Positions 37,869 to 52,500 of a stretch of 64,000 nucleotides of DNA are shown piece after piece. How positions within the stretch are numbered: the stretch's first letter is position 1; every line of letters starts with the position of its first letter. This DNA comes from Hemiscyllium ocellatum. Its lineage: Eukaryota. Position numbers and translations under genes: made by a program. The stretch spans positions 19,220,001 through 19,284,000 of the forward strand of contig NC_083413.1 of the NCBI RefSeq assembly GCF_020745735.1, read 5' to 3'. Below the pieces are notes generated by a model. That model had not been told where the DNA came from. It saw only the letters and a list, made by a program, of their open reading frames with translations, and did no database searches.

Positions 37869-38684
37869 TAATCAGAACTGAATGGTGTGTAACCTACATT
37901 TATTGAAAGATGGATCAAAGTTACTTTTTGTTCCCTTACTGTGACTTGAATTTCTTTATTGCATGGAGATTCTATTTGAAACTTGCTTGATCTGTGAATA
38001 AAAACTCAATTCTGAAGCTTGGTCTATTCAAATGCCCAAATAGATTGCTCACATCGTTTTCACAAAGGACTTCAATAACAATGCTGTCATTGTGCTAAAT
38101 TGACATTGAAGGGGATTGCTGGTGGGAAGGTGGGATGATGATGTTGGAAGAGGGAAGGTTTTGGAAATTTTGAATTCACCATGTTGGCGGTAATTTGGAA
38201 AACTCAATATTGGGTCTTTTTCAGAATTAGTTTTCTATTCATATCCAAAGGAGCTCACAAATAATTATCTTCTCCCATTCTTAACTAGGACATAGCTGTA
38301 ATATGCACTCACTAACCAGCAGGCTCTCTATGCTTCTTTAAATGATATGCACCATATATGTACTCTTAACATTTTTGAGTATCTTCTCGCTGAGATGTTG
38401 TAATTCATTGTTGTATTGTACTTAGGTCATTGTCAACGCCTAATTTACCAAGTCATTCCCGAAATGGTTGCTCTTTTTTATCTATGCACTGTCACATATG
38501 GCATGCATCGTCTTCTACCTTGATTGAAACCTATAGAAGTTGGTGTTTTCAACATAGTTATCCATTTATCGTGCACATTATTTACCATATATCCATGAAT
38601 ATGAATACTTTCCACCTAATAACAATGTCAGAAGTATTGGTGTTCAGTGTGAGCAAAATTAGAGAAATCATTATGGATGATTAT

Positions 38685-39003
38685 GGGCGGCACGGTGGCA
38701 CAGTGGTTGGCACTGCTGCCTCTCAGCGCCAGAGACCCGGGTCCAATTCCCGCCTCAGGCAACTGTCTGTGTGGAGTTTGCATATTCTCCCAGTGTCTGC
38801 ATGGGTTTCCTCCGGGTGCTCTGGTTTCTGCCCACAGTCCAAAAATGTGCAGTTGAGGTGAATTGACCATGCTCAATTGCCAATAGAGTTACGTGAAGGG
38901 GTAAATGTAGGGGAATGGGTCTGGGTGGGTTGTGCTTTGGCAATCGGTGTGGACTTGTTGGGCCGAAGGGCCTGTTTCCACACTGTAAGTAATCTAATCT
39001 AAT
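38685..39003 (+). mobile_element. HE1-like V-SINE
   Basis: Homologous to 20504-20822. Confidence 0.92.
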
Positions 39004-42000
39004 TTCACAAGGAGTAAAATCTTTAATGGTGAATGGAGGTGTTTAATTAACTTATTCAGTTCCTTTGAACTGAATTCTGAGTGTGGGAGAAATCAACAAT
39101 CATGGATGAGATGATACCTGCAGACCTGTCTTATATCATGCTGTTGGGAGAGGTGACTGGTCCAGAAGGAGAGTTGATCTGTTCTTGAAGGATTGACAGA
39201 TGGAGGAATGTTATATTGAGAACTGGTCTGTGTGAAGGCAGTTTTGCTGTGGGAATGCTTCTGTGTCTTATGATCCATCAGCATGAAATTAAATTGACCT
39301 CTTCCATGTAGCAGCCATTGCCTCGCTTTGGCTGTCAGTTTTCTAGGCAGCACAGGAAAGCCTGCCATTTACAGCTGGAATTGGTAGACAGGGAATAATA
39401 GCAACTAAATCTTATTACAATATTGAGTCTCACGTTACTTCCTAGGCAGTTTGGCTCCCAGACTTCTGCAACACGTAATTATGTATCATGAATTTATCAG
39501 ATATCTTAAAGAATGGAACAAGTAGGGCAAAAAAGGGGGGAAATACTCAATGTGCTGCATGTGAATTCACTAAATCTATGAAGAGGGCTGACATAAAAAA
39601 AGGTTACTACACAAAATATGAGCTCATTGTGCTTGGGCTCATATATTAATATGATTATATGATTGGACAACTAACAGGAGTCATTAAGGTTGTTCATCTC
39701 TAGGTTAGAAAGTTGGAACAAGTACGATACTGCAGAGATGGTCCGTCACCTAATTATAATACGCATTAGACCTCGCTATCCATTCAAGAGTGTTTTGTAG
39801 ACACATTTGCTGATGATAGATGGACAGGAAAGCACTTTTGAGGCTTAAAATGTTTGGAGAAAATATCTGCAACTGGATATATGTAGGTTAACAGATTGGA
39901 CAAAAATGTCAGGTAGAGTCTGTTTTGCAGTTGTTTAACCTCAGTCCCTTTGATCAGATGAATAAAATAATAAAATGTAAGTTCGAAAATAACATGGTTC
40001 CTATTTTAGGGGAAGATGGGAAGAATGTCTTCCTCCAAGGGCCATTATTTTTAGAATTCTCTTTCCGAGGCAGCAGTACAAGTTGAATCATCGAATATAT
40101 TCAAGGGCATGTTAAATTTATTTTCAATCCACAAATGAGTCAAGGGTTATGAGGAGAAAGTACAGAAGTGCTGTAGGCAGATCATCCATTATCGTACTAA
40201 GTGATGGAGTAGGATCATGGTGGCCTAGTTAAAGAGAAGACCACATCATGCGCAACAGAGTTGAAGGGAAGATAGTCAGCAATTAATGGCATGGGACTAA
40301 CTGCACTGGAGGCAAGGCTGAAGAGTTTGCGGTTCGATGTTGTACCTTCCACATCCAGTTGAGTGCCTAGCTTCTACATCATCAGGAAAACCAGGCCACA
40401 GCATTTTTTTCAAATTGACCAACCAAAGCATTTACATCAAATTTCATGTGGAATTTGGCAAAAACATTTAACTACACAATACATATAATGGCAAGATTCT
40501 TTCTCCCATTTTTGGATCCAACAAATTTTAATGTATCTTTGTCTGCTGTCTGCACTCAACACTAACCCTCATTGCTACTTTAGTTCAAAGATGGCCAATT
40601 GTTTCAATTCTAGAAATGTGTTAAGATTGTGGAAGGTGACATTTGATGGAGGGCAGCCTTGAGAAACTCAAATAAAATTGAAACCATGGAAAACCTGTCC
40701 AGTGCCGAGAGCTATACTCAGCACAAAGGTCTTGGAGGCAAAATACAGTATCACTAGTTCTACAGAACGCTGATTGCAGTCCCACAATCTTCAGCCGTTT
40801 TAACAAGAAAAAGTCTTCATCAGAAAATCAGAAGTGGAATGATGACACTGTGTTCAGTACTATTTTCAATGACTCAGATAATACAGCAATTCCTGCCCAG
40901 ATGCAGAAAAGCCATGGATTGCTTTCAGGCTTGCGATGGTTAAGAGGTAATGAATGTGCAAGTTACACAAGTACCAAACAGTAATCATCTTCAACAAAAC
41001 AAAACTTAATCATCACCCCTTATCTTTACTTTATGTTATTATTAATAAATTCTCCACTTCCAACATCCTGCGTGATTCCATTGGCCTGGAGATGTCACAG
41101 AAATATTATGCTTACAAAGGCTTGATTTTCTCAGTGGAAGAATATGCTTCTCGGTTTCTCCAAGTCTTTTCACCAGCTGTGGGACACAATTGAGTAGGCT
41201 GCTGAGCCAAGCTCACTTTGCTGGGCAGTGCAACTCCAACAGCATGTCAACAAAATCGTGGAACAAAGCAGCTCACTTGATCAAAATATGAATCACATTA
41301 AACCTGAACTTCATTTTCAGTAGTGCATCATGCCAGCAGTGTATAATCTACAAGATTACAGAGAATGGTTACCACAAAGAAGGAGGCCATTCAACCTGCT
41401 GAATCTGTACCTACCCATTACAGGAGAAAATGTGCTTGCTTGCTTCTTCACCCTTGTCCTTTAACAATATACCCATTAATCTTGAGGCGCTTATCCAATT
41501 TCGTTTGAAAGCCACAAATGTATTTGCTGCCATGACTGTATTACTGACTCCATTCCAGATTATAACTACTCTCACCAGAAGCATTTACTTTCCTGATGCA
41601 CCATTCAGTATATTGGAAACATTGTTCTTACTTTGCTGTTGACAATTCACAAATGTAGGGGTTTGTCTGACAATGCAGGGTGTCTGTGGCTACACCATAA
41701 GGAGCACAGTGTTTTGTTTAGAGGAAATATAGAAATATTTAGAAATATAATGTTTAGAGGATGCTCCAGTCCAGAATTGCTTTGTGGAAGTCTCAATTCA
41801 GCTCAATGCAAGTGGAAGTATTTAAAAGGCTATTTAGGTTAGTTCAGAAATCAAATCGAACATTCAAAGCAGAAAGACATGAAATAAAAGTCAGTAAATA
41901 TGCGAAAGAGAAATATGGTCTCAATTCATGTGTGTAAGGCAATTAACCATATATTTGAGTAGATGGTTACAAGACACAAGGTGAAGACATAGTGAAAGGT

Positions 42001-42449
42001 CAAAAACGGTTGGAAGACTGTGCTGTCCATCCAATCTCTAGTGTGTGAAAGCTGGTCTTTCAGTCCATACCGAATGTCTGAACACACTTTCACCCTGACC
42101 CATACTCGATATCGTTTACCTGTAACTGCATTTCCTGTGACATAACAACCTAGCTTGCACATCCCTGAAGTTCCGAGGACGCATGGCTTGCCTGAAACTT
42201 CAACTCTACTTTCTCTCTACAGTTGCTGCAAGATCTCTCGTGCTTTTCCAACAATTTGTTTTCATGGATATTGAGTGGCTTGGAGGAAACTTGCCATCAC
42301 GGCACAATTTCTTCTCATAGTCTTATATTTGCACTAGTATTCTATTTTTGATATAGTCCACATTTTCATATTGAATTTGACTCTCTACTGTATTGCAAAA
42401 ATTGCAATTGTTATACCTACTGTTTTTCAGTCATGTTTCACCATCCGGT

Positions 42450-43170
42450 TATTATGAATGAAAAGATGTGTACTGTACCTTTAAGAGAGAGAGGTAGCGA
42501 TCAAGGACTAACTGAAAGTATAGTGTGTTCTGGACAAGGTAAAAATGTAACACTTGATTGGAACAAATAGCTGGAGTGTGTTGCCATGTAACAAAAATAA
42601 ATTCAAATTTAACCAATCAGTTTAAAGTATGCCCCAGATACCAAAATCCAATTGAATTTGAATTTAGTGTTTTGATTACATCAAACCAATGAAAGAATCT
42701 GATATTTTGGGGTATAAAGCTAGATATTTTGAACAGTTAGAGGGAGAATTGCCAAGAAAACCAACAAGTAGGGACTGTTACGCAAATAGCGCTCTGAAAT
42801 GTATCTGTCCGAAAGAAAAGTTGGTCAGCAGAAGAAGAAGAGATGACCCAGGAAAACACAGTGAGAATCAATGAAACTGACTGATGTTGAAACGTGATTT
42901 TGTTTTGTAAATCATAATCGAGGTTTTGTTCAATCAGACTAGTATTTTAGAGTGACAGGTAAAAGACAGATTGAACAGAAAGAAGTTGTAAATAGCTGTG
43001 GTTTTAATGTTCTCTGTTGATGTTAAAGAATCAAATGGTTAATTTGTTACTTTAAATAGTGAAATCTGGGATAATTCTTTGCTTCTCGAAATTTAACAGA
43101 TTAAGGTGCAGATGAGCTTCTCTCTATGTCAGGTATAAATTAGCACAGTGGTTTACCCCATGTCGTAACA
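42450..43170 (+). mobile_element. Solo LTR, duplicated copy
   Basis: Homologous to 24269-24989. Confidence 0.7.
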
Positions 43171-43658
43171 CAGTGAACATAAACTATCAATCATCCCATT
43201 CACTATGACCATGCAAAACAATTTGGGTAGTTCCATAATGCTGACCAAAGAACACTAAAGAAATAGAAATATATTTCCAAGTCAGGAATGTGGGTTGTTT
43301 GGAGACATTCTGCTTACTGTTCTCATGCATCTGATGACCCTGTGCTTCTGGATGGTAGATGTCATAAATTAGAAAAGTGCTGTTTAAAAAGCCGTGATGA
43401 ATTTTGCAGTTCACCTTGTAAACGCTATTGATTATTGTCAGTGGAGGAAGAGAATATATGGGAATATGGTGACAATCAAATCAAAAGGTTTGTTCTGGGT
43501 GGTGTCAAGATACTTGAGGGTTGCTTGAGCCGCACCCATCTGAGCAAGTGGGAGAATTCCAGGATATTACTGATATATAGGGCTTTTGCCCAAAACGTCG
43601 ATTTTCCTGCTCCTTGGATGCTGCCTGACCTACTTTGCTTTTCCAGCACCACTCTAAA

Positions 43659-44946
43659 CTTCCTGTTCATATTCCCATCCAGGTGCCTTTTTAATGTTGC
43701 AATTCTACCAGCCTCTCCCACTTCCTTGGGTAGCTTATTCTATATACACACCACCATATGTGTGAAAACGTTGCCCCTTAGGTCCAACCCTTAGGTTTTA
43801 GTCTTTCCCCTCTCACCTTTATCCCCCATGGCCCATAGCTTTGTACGTCCCTACACTGGAGAAAAGACTTTGACTATTCACCCCATCCTTGCTCCTGATG
43901 GTTTTATAAACTTTTATATGGTCATCCTGAAGCCTCTGATGCTCTAAAGAAAGTAGCCTTCAGATCTTGAGCTTCTTCCTATTGCTCAAACACTGAAACC
44001 CTGGAAACATTTTCTGTCAAACTTTTCGGAACCATTTGAAGTTTCACGACATCTTTCTTATAACAAGGAGTCCAGACGTGAACACATACATGGTATTCCA
44101 AACTTGGACTCACCAATGACCTATGCAGCTGCAACGTGACCTCCCAACCCCTACACTCAAAGCACTGGCCAATTTCGGCAATTGTACCGAGTGCCTTCTT
44201 GACTACCCAGTCTATCTGCGACTCCATTCTCAAGGAACTATGAACCTGCACTCCAAGATACATTTGTTCAGCAACACTAACCAGGAGCTTCCAATCAAGT
44301 ATATAAGTTACTCCCTAACAAAGTGTAGCACCTCACATTTAATGAGATTCAACCTCATCTGCCACGCCTTGGCCCATCGGCCAATCAGATCAAGGTCCCC
44401 TTGCATTCTGAAGTAATGCTCTTTGCTGTCCACTATACCACCAAGTTTGGAGGCATCTGCAAAATTACTAACCATATGTCCGATATTCACATACAAATCA
44501 TTTATATAGATGACAGAAAGCAGTGGATCCAACATGAGACCCTGTGGTGCACCGGCCAAAAAGCAACCCGCCACCACCAGCCTCTGCCTTCTACCTGCAA
44601 GTCAATTTTGTTTCCAAATGGCTGGTTCTCCCTATGTTCAATGTCATCCAGCGTTATTGAACAGTCTACCTTGTCAAAACCTACTGAAGTCCATTTCGAC
44701 AACATCCATTGTTTTGCTTTAATCTATTCTCTTTGTCACTACTTCAGTTCTTTAAAAAATGCAATTAACTTTGTGAGACACAATTTCCCACTCATAAAGC
44801 CATGGTAACTAACCCCAATCAATCCTAGCCTTTCCAAATCCATAGAATTCCTTTCCATCAAAATTTCCTCCAACAAATTGTCCACCATTGATGTCAGGCT
44901 CACTTGTCTACAGTGCCTGGTTATTCCTTATCACCTTTCTTAAATG
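43659..44946 (-). mobile_element. CR1 LINE RT and 3' fragment
   Basis: Homologous to 25478-26765. Confidence 0.85.
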
Positions 44947-45399
44947 CAGTCATAAAGTCATTTTTCTTAAGTGCTTATGTCTTTGCCCAAAGAAATTACA
45001 AAGTTTCTGGCAGCATCTGGCAAGTACAGACTGACTCTGTTGAGAACTTCAGTTTGTAAACTCATGACCTGACATTTTTCCATTTTACCAATGCTATCAA
45101 GCCAGGCATTGACTATATTTCAACCAAGAATATAACAGGTCATATGGGAAGCAATTAACAGTTATATCGAAAAATGAGTTGCCAACCTACAGGCTTACAT
45201 GACAAACAGTAGAAGTAGCATGAAATTGTAAGTGATACATGAGCCACATTCAACGGTGTTGCCATGTAGCCAGTAGACAATTGAACAAATGAGAGAGCGA
45301 AACACTCCGCAAGTATTCCCATCCACAATGATGGAAATAATCAGTACAACAATTTAGAAGTCAGTTAATTGCAAACTTCCTCAAACCAGACAATTGTCA

Positions 45400-46320
45400 C
45401 CCCATCCGTGTAGTTATTAACATTAGCAAAGGGATTGAATGTATTGTCGATAGTGTAACCAACTGGCATTTGCACAGCAATAATCTCCTCACGAATGCTC
45501 AGTTTAGATTTTTACACAGCCATTTAGCAACCAACTTCATGAAAACCTTGGCCCAAGCATGGATACAAGAGTTGAACTCCAGAAGTTGGGTGAATGTGAT
45601 TGCTCTTGATGACAAAGCATCAACCTGTGGCTTCCACAACACCAAACAAAATTACAATCAATGAGAATTGGGAAGATGATGCTCCATGATTGAAGTCTTA
45701 TATCGCACAAATGAAGATGCTTGTGGTGTTGGATATTAATCATCTCAATGGCAGGAGATCAGTGCAGGAATAACATCAGGTAGTGTCCTAGGGCCAATCA
45801 TCTTCATCCAGTTTATCATTGACCATCTGTCCAGCAGAAGTCCAAAATTGGGAGTGTTCTCTGTTGATTGAACAATGCACAGCACCACCTACAATCAGTT
45901 GTTGAAAACCCTCAAGTTGAAATACAGCAAAACCTGGTGAACATGAAGGCTTGGATTCACAAAAGGGCAAGTAAAACTGATGCCACACAAGTCCATGATA
46001 ACAGTCATCTCCATCAAGAAACAATCCAATCATTTATTTTTGACTGTTATTAGCCTGAATCACAATCAATAGCCTGAAGCATACCATTGGCCAGAAACCC
46101 AAAAGAGTCATTCATGGCAGTAACGTGACCACACAAGCAGGTCAGTAGCTTGTAATTTTCTGGTAAGTAACTCATCTTCTCTGTACAACAGCTGTCATAG
46201 CAGCGTGGAGCCACAACTCAGGAGTATCATGTGATATTCTCCACATGCCTACTTTATTGCAGCTCCAGGAACACTCAAATGTTTTGACACTACTAAGGAC
46301 AAAACAACTTGTTTCATATC
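45400..46320 (+). mobile_element. Ancient CR1/L2-group LINE fragment
   Basis: Homologous to 27220-28140. Confidence 0.6.
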
Positions 46321-46658
46321 AATTGAAAAGAATAAAACTGAACCATATCTGGGTAATTTCTGGAAGCTGAAGTCCCTTTTTCATGCTTGACTAGAGTTGA
46401 ATAAAATATAATGGTTTGGAAACAATGAAGAATTCAGGGCTCTTTGCTTTTGAAGTAACAATAGCATCTAATCGTTTCTAATTGTTGAAGAGACTTAATA
46501 AAGCAGGAAAGATTAGAAATGCAGTTAGCAGGATTTCATTCCATGCAGGTACATCCCAAATGATTTCTTAGCCATCACATTACCCACTCGGCCTTTATCA
46601 TCGATTAGCGGCCAACTTGGTTGACACTCCACCCAGCATGCATTTCCTTAACTTCTGG

Positions 46659-47779
46659 TCATAGAGTCATAGAGATGTACAGCATGGAAACAGACCTTTC
46701 GCTCCAACCCGTCCAAGCCAACCAGGTATCCCAACCCAATCTAGTCCCACTTGCCAGCATCCGGCCCATATCCCTCCAGACCCTTCCGATTCATATACCC
46801 ATCCAAATGCCTCTGAAATGTTGCAATTGTACCAGCCTCCACCACTTCCTCTGTAACAAGCTCTATGTGAAAACGTTGCCCCTTAGATCTCTTTTATATC
46901 TGTCCCCTCTCACCCTAAACCTATGCCCTCTAGTCCTGGCTCCACGACCCCAAGCAAAAGACTTTGCCTATTTATCCTATCCATGCCCCTCAGGATTTTG
47001 TAAACCTCTATAAGGTCATCCCTCAGCCTCCGATGTTCCAGGGAAAACAGCCCCAGCCTGTTCAGCCTCTCCCTATAGCTCAAATTTTCCAACCTTGGCA
47101 ATCACCTTGTCAATCTTTTCTAAACCTTTTCAAATTTCGCAACATCTTTCCAATAGGGAGGAGACCAGAACTGCACACAATATTCCAATAGTGGCCTAAC
47201 CAATGTTCTGTACAGCCGCAACATGACCTCCCAACGCCTGTACTCAATACTCTGACCGATAAAGGAAAGCATACCAAACACCTTCTTCACTATCCAATCT
47301 ACCTGCGACTCCACAGTCAAGGAGCAATGAACCAGCACTCCAAGGTATCTTTGCTCAGCAACATTCCCTAGGACGTTACCATTAAACATATAAGTCCTGT
47401 TTTCCCAAAATGCAGCACCTCGCATTTATCTGAATTAAACACCTTCTGCCACTGCTCAGCCCATTGGCCCATCTGGTCCAGATCCTGTTGTAATCTGAGG
47501 TAACCCTCTTCACTGTCTGCTACACCTCCAATTTTGGTGTCATCTGCAAACTTACCAACTGTACCTCTTATGCTCGCATCCAAATCATTGACATAAATGA
47601 CAAAAAGTAGAGGGCGCAGCTCCGATCCTTGTGGCACTCCACTGGTCACAGGCCTCCAAGTCAGAAAAACAACCCACCACCATCACCCTCTGTCTTCTAC
47701 CTTTGAACCAGTTCTGTATCCAAATGGCTGGTTCTCCCTGTATTCCATGAGATCTAACCTTGCTAATCAGTCTCCCATG
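46659..47779 (-). mobile_element. CR1 (HER1-like) LINE 3' end
   Basis: Homologous to 28478-29598, same RT motifs. Confidence 0.92.
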
Positions 47780-48430
47780 TGCACAACAGCAACATGGAAC
47801 ACTCTCTACAAGATGCTCAGGAGGACCATTCTTCCTTTGACAACATCTCCTACTCTATGGAATGGCAAAGCCTGTGGGTGAACAGAAAAATCAGCGCCCG
47901 AAATTTTCCTTTCACCAGTGCTAATTGGCTGGCTGATCAATTCTTATTGACTGCGCATTCTTACCATCATATGATGTGTGCACAGGCAATTTGAAAAAGG
48001 TGTAATGTTTGAATATAAATCTTGTTCATGTTGTCTCAGTATATCATTAGGTAATGATTCTGCAAGCATCAGTAAGCACTTTTCAATGGAATATTTAAGT
48101 GGGCATTGAAGCGTCCTTATTTCTGAGCCAGGAGGCCTAAGTTCAAAACCTACTATGTAATATCATCTCTGAACAGGGTAACGAGAAAGTATCTAATTGA
48201 GCACTATATCAGATCAACTCATGATCTTTAAGTAGTCAGGATTGTCCAGAAAATGCTGCCTTATAACCAAATCGCATTGTGTAGTGGTTATTGTGCACTG
48301 ACATTCAAACATAATAAGCATTTTAGGGCTGATGCCTGAATTCTGTCAGTGAAAAATGCCATTCACATAGCACTACATAGTAGCAGCATTAAACAGCTTT
48401 CTTAACCTGCCAGGCAGATGTTTAATAAAA

Positions 48431-48852
48431 CGTGGTTCTGGAAAAGGCACAGCAGGTCAGGCAGCAACCAAGGAGCAAGAGAGTCGAGGTTTTGGGCAGG
48501 AACCTTCTCCAGACTTGGTGAGGGAGAAGGGGCTTAATAGATAATCTCAACCCCCTTCCCACTACCCACTACTGAAGGAGGGTCCTGCCCGAAACTGAGC
48601 TTTCCAGCACCACGCGATATCAACTCTGATTCTTCAGCATCTGCAGTCCGCACTGTCTCCTAGATGTTTGATAAAAAAAAACCAAAAGAACTGCAGATGC
48701 TCTAAGTCAGGAATAAAAGCAGAAATTGCTGGAAAAACTCAAAAGGTCTGCCAACATATATGGGTCACTCAACCCGAAACGTATATCTGATTTCTCTCCA
48801 CAGACACAGCCTGATATATTGAGCTTTTTAAGCAATTTCTGGGTTTTGTTAT
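48431..48852. mobile_element. Two adjacent palindromic Penelope-like elements
   Basis: Homologous to 30250-30668. Confidence 0.65.
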
Positions 48853-49476
48853 GCTGTTGCAGATGTTTGAGACATTTTGTCCTTTTAAATAATTTGAAAT
48901 AGAGCAGATAGTTTCCAAATCCAGAAGTGGCAGCCTTTGGCACATTTGTGAGTTTGCATGAGGCATAGCAAACAATGGTTTGACCAGAATTAGCGTTGCC
49001 CCGCAGAATATGAGGACAGCTGAAGGGAGATGATGATAGTATTCCCGCTGCTTTCTGGACTTCTAGTTTTGAGGTACTCAATTCCACTGGAAAATACACC
49101 TCAGACCTCCTCCTGGAAGACCACTTCAGAGTTCTGAGGGTCCATCGACCCGCACATCTTACACTGTGGGAGGAAACCAGAGCACCCGGAGGTAACACGT
49201 GCAGGTGTGGGGGGAATGCATAAACTCCACAAGACAGTTGCCCGAGGCAGGAATCAGAGCCAGGTCCCTGGTAGCAGTGCTAACCGCTGTGTCATCTCAG
49301 TTGGATTGAAGCTACACAGGTGACTGCATTTTCAATTATTTTCTTCATGAGTCTCTTGTTGATTAAAGTGGTGCTGTGTTTTCTTCAGGGACCAGCCAAG
49401 TAATTTTTTGATGGTCATTAGAGATTGAAATCAATTTGGCGTCATTATGGCGAGGTTTACTGAAATAGCTACAGCT

Positions 49477-49485
49477 TATATAAAA
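49477..49485 (+). promoter_or_regulatory. Candidate TATA box, V2R copy 3
   Basis: TATATAAAA about 50 bp upstream of ATG 49531. Confidence 0.55.
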
Positions 49486-49530
49486 TTAGTCATCTTACTC
49501 TAAAACCAAGGACAAACATTTGCCCTGTCA

Positions 49531-52500
49531 ATGATGCATTTTTTGGTCCTTTTAGTGATGAATTCTGCCCTTGCCTTGGCGTGGACCAGTAATGAGCAGA
49601 CTTGCAAACGTTGGAGTAGACTTGATTTGCTGGGTCTCTCGAAGGATGGAGATATCATATTAGGTGGAATTTTTGGGATGCATTCTTACCACGTTGAGCA
49701 TCGGCAATTCACGTTCAGCAGTCACCCTGAGCCAGCAAAATGCATCAGGTCGGTTCAACTGCCCTCTTGCTGATTCAAGGGTTTATACATTTACATTCGT
49801 ATTTAATTTGTGAATTGAAGGTAAAATAATTGTTTGGTTTACTTTTGCAGCATGTCCCAATTTGTTTCATAATCAAGCAGGTACTTTTGCAATTTATTCA
49901 ATGTTGCCACGTGGTGATGCAGCAATGTATGAACCTCAAGCTTCCACAATTGGTCTTGTTCAAAACTCAAAACCCACTTTGAGCATTTTGGAATGAAGGA
50001 TACGTGTCAGTTAATACATTGTGAGAGGGCCCCTGCTCTTCTTTGAAATACTTCTATTGGACCTGAGAAGGAAGGTCGCGGACCCGCTGAAAGTCTTTTT
50101 TGAAATTGAAGACAGTGACATATCTTTGTTTAATGTCAGTTAAGATGTTCAAGGCTCTGCATTGAAGTATTTATCCATCAACTTGCAATTTAGTGGCATT
50201 GTTACTGAATTGTAATTAAGAATAGCTACGTAGTGATTCTCTCAGGGAAAAAAAACTGCTATTGTTGTTTTAAAGTTTGTTTTTACACCTTCTCTGCAGC
50301 TTTCGGTTCAGAGCTTTCCGTTTTGCACTGGCGATGATTTTTGCAATCGAAGAAATAAATAACGATACAGCTCTACTTCCCGGTGTCACACTGGGATACC
50401 GTCTGTACGATTCTTGTAAATTGACTCAGTTATCACTGAAAGCAGCTATGGCGTTTCTGAACAAACCCGAGGCAAACACACCCTCTGTTAATTGTAAAAA
50501 CTCCTCCGTTGTTTCTGCCATTGTTGCTGATTCTGGATCTACGAGGTCTTTAGCAATAGCACCTTCCATGGGTATCTTCAGAATCCCTATGGTAAGAGAT
50601 GGTGTTCACTAACTCAGTTATGCAATGTGAATACATTAAGATCAACAGTGCATATGATGTTATATGGGTCATTTAATCTATTGTCAGTGCAAAATTTGGA
50701 ATTTGTTCATCCAAAGGAGACCAAGGTCTGCACTTATATCGCCTTTAGAATGTTCATTCAGAATGGTGAGACTGTCCAGTACAATGACTGTTGATTGCTC
50801 TTTGGCTCGGTTTAGCCATAGTTTTATAACGAAGCTATTATTCCTCTTCATCTAACATAGTGCTTTGAAAGTCTCATTTCAAAAATTTAGTGTTGAATAA
50901 AAGTAACCAATAAAAAAGCGAACTTTCAAAAATGATTCCAACAATTGGCAATTTTAGTTCATTTTTATTCACTGCTGAGTTGCGGGTTGGACTGGCAAAA
51001 CCAACATTTGTTTCCAGCCCCAAGTTATCCTTGAACTGAATGGCTTCCAGCAACGTCTGCGAGCCAGGTTTACAGTGAGCTATATTACGAGGACCAACAA
51101 CAGAAATTGTTGGAAAATCTGAGCAGACCTGGCAACATCTGTGGAGAAAAATCAGCGTTAATGTTTCGGTACCGTGACCTTTCTCCAGAACATCATAGAG
51201 TCACGTGTAGGATAGATAGCAGTGAACGAGATGGGAACGTTTGTTTTACTGCCAGCGTAGCTTAATGCTCACCGTTACTGGGGCTATCTTTATTTTCCAT
51301 ACGTGCCCTTTGAATTTAGTCACCTCTAGTTACCATGGTGATGTGCCAATAATATTTGCACACTGCACCTTCACTCTTTGCTCACACGAAGAGATTCAAC
51401 AAATGCAAAATGAACCACATCCTAAGATTTTAAAATGACTATTTTATCAGAGCTTTACTCCATTTCTAACCAACCTGTCTCGTGATGATATTGTACCCTA
51501 AGAGCAAGTTGTGATGGTATTTGGTCCACAGGTCAGGACCACAAAAGCCCTACACCATTTTTCTTTGCAGGTGTTTGTCAATACTTTGTGTTCTTTTCAT
51601 GAACCATGGTAACTTAATTTACGAGTGATCAATTCAGCTGTTACCAATTTTCCTTAAGTGTAATGTCGTTCGCTTTTCAAAACTGTTACCATATTTGTCC
51701 GTCTTACTTTTTAACTAAAACCTTAACCCACTCATTGGAAACAGTGCCTTGGTGAAATGAATTTTACGGTCAGGGATGTTGTATTTAATCACATGCTTTT
51801 GTTTTTGATGCACGATTTAAAATAAAAACAGATAACGTTCACAATAATGGGCAGGTCAAGCACATCTTTCAAGAGAGAAATCGTAACTTCAAAAATGAGC
51901 TCATGTCATGTTGAATTCAGCATCGTGATGCGAAACCACATAAGTCAATTTTTCGACTAGTCAGGGCAGAAAAACATTCTACAAGGGATCAACTGAGTAA
52001 AAAACAACTTTCATTTCATTAAATACTCTTGTGCTATCACCTCTAATGTAAAGATCAAGCAGCAAAGTGTTGACACAGAACGCTGTTCCTTGAGATTTGG
52101 AAATTAAGGATTTGTCACATTGAAAGGGGAGCAACATACACATTAATGTAATGTATACAAAGCCTACCCAACAATAAACCACAGCATAAATAGAATGCAA
52201 AATGATACAACGCAAACATGATGTTCACAATTGATATATTTCTAAATTAAACTAAATGTATAGCTACTGGTTTACTATGAATGTGTAATCATACCTGAGA
52301 GACAGTAAGCTTAATTTTGCTACCAGAAGCTGAATTCTTCAATATTGTACCTCGCAAACTTAAATTTGAAAACCAGTATTGTTGAAAACGTTGTTAAAGA
52401 TATAAGGGTTTGGTTGAAGAGTAATTTTAATTTTCGACAATGATCAGGGAGAATTACTCACATATCCTACATCTTATTTTTATTTCTTTTGCCTTCATTG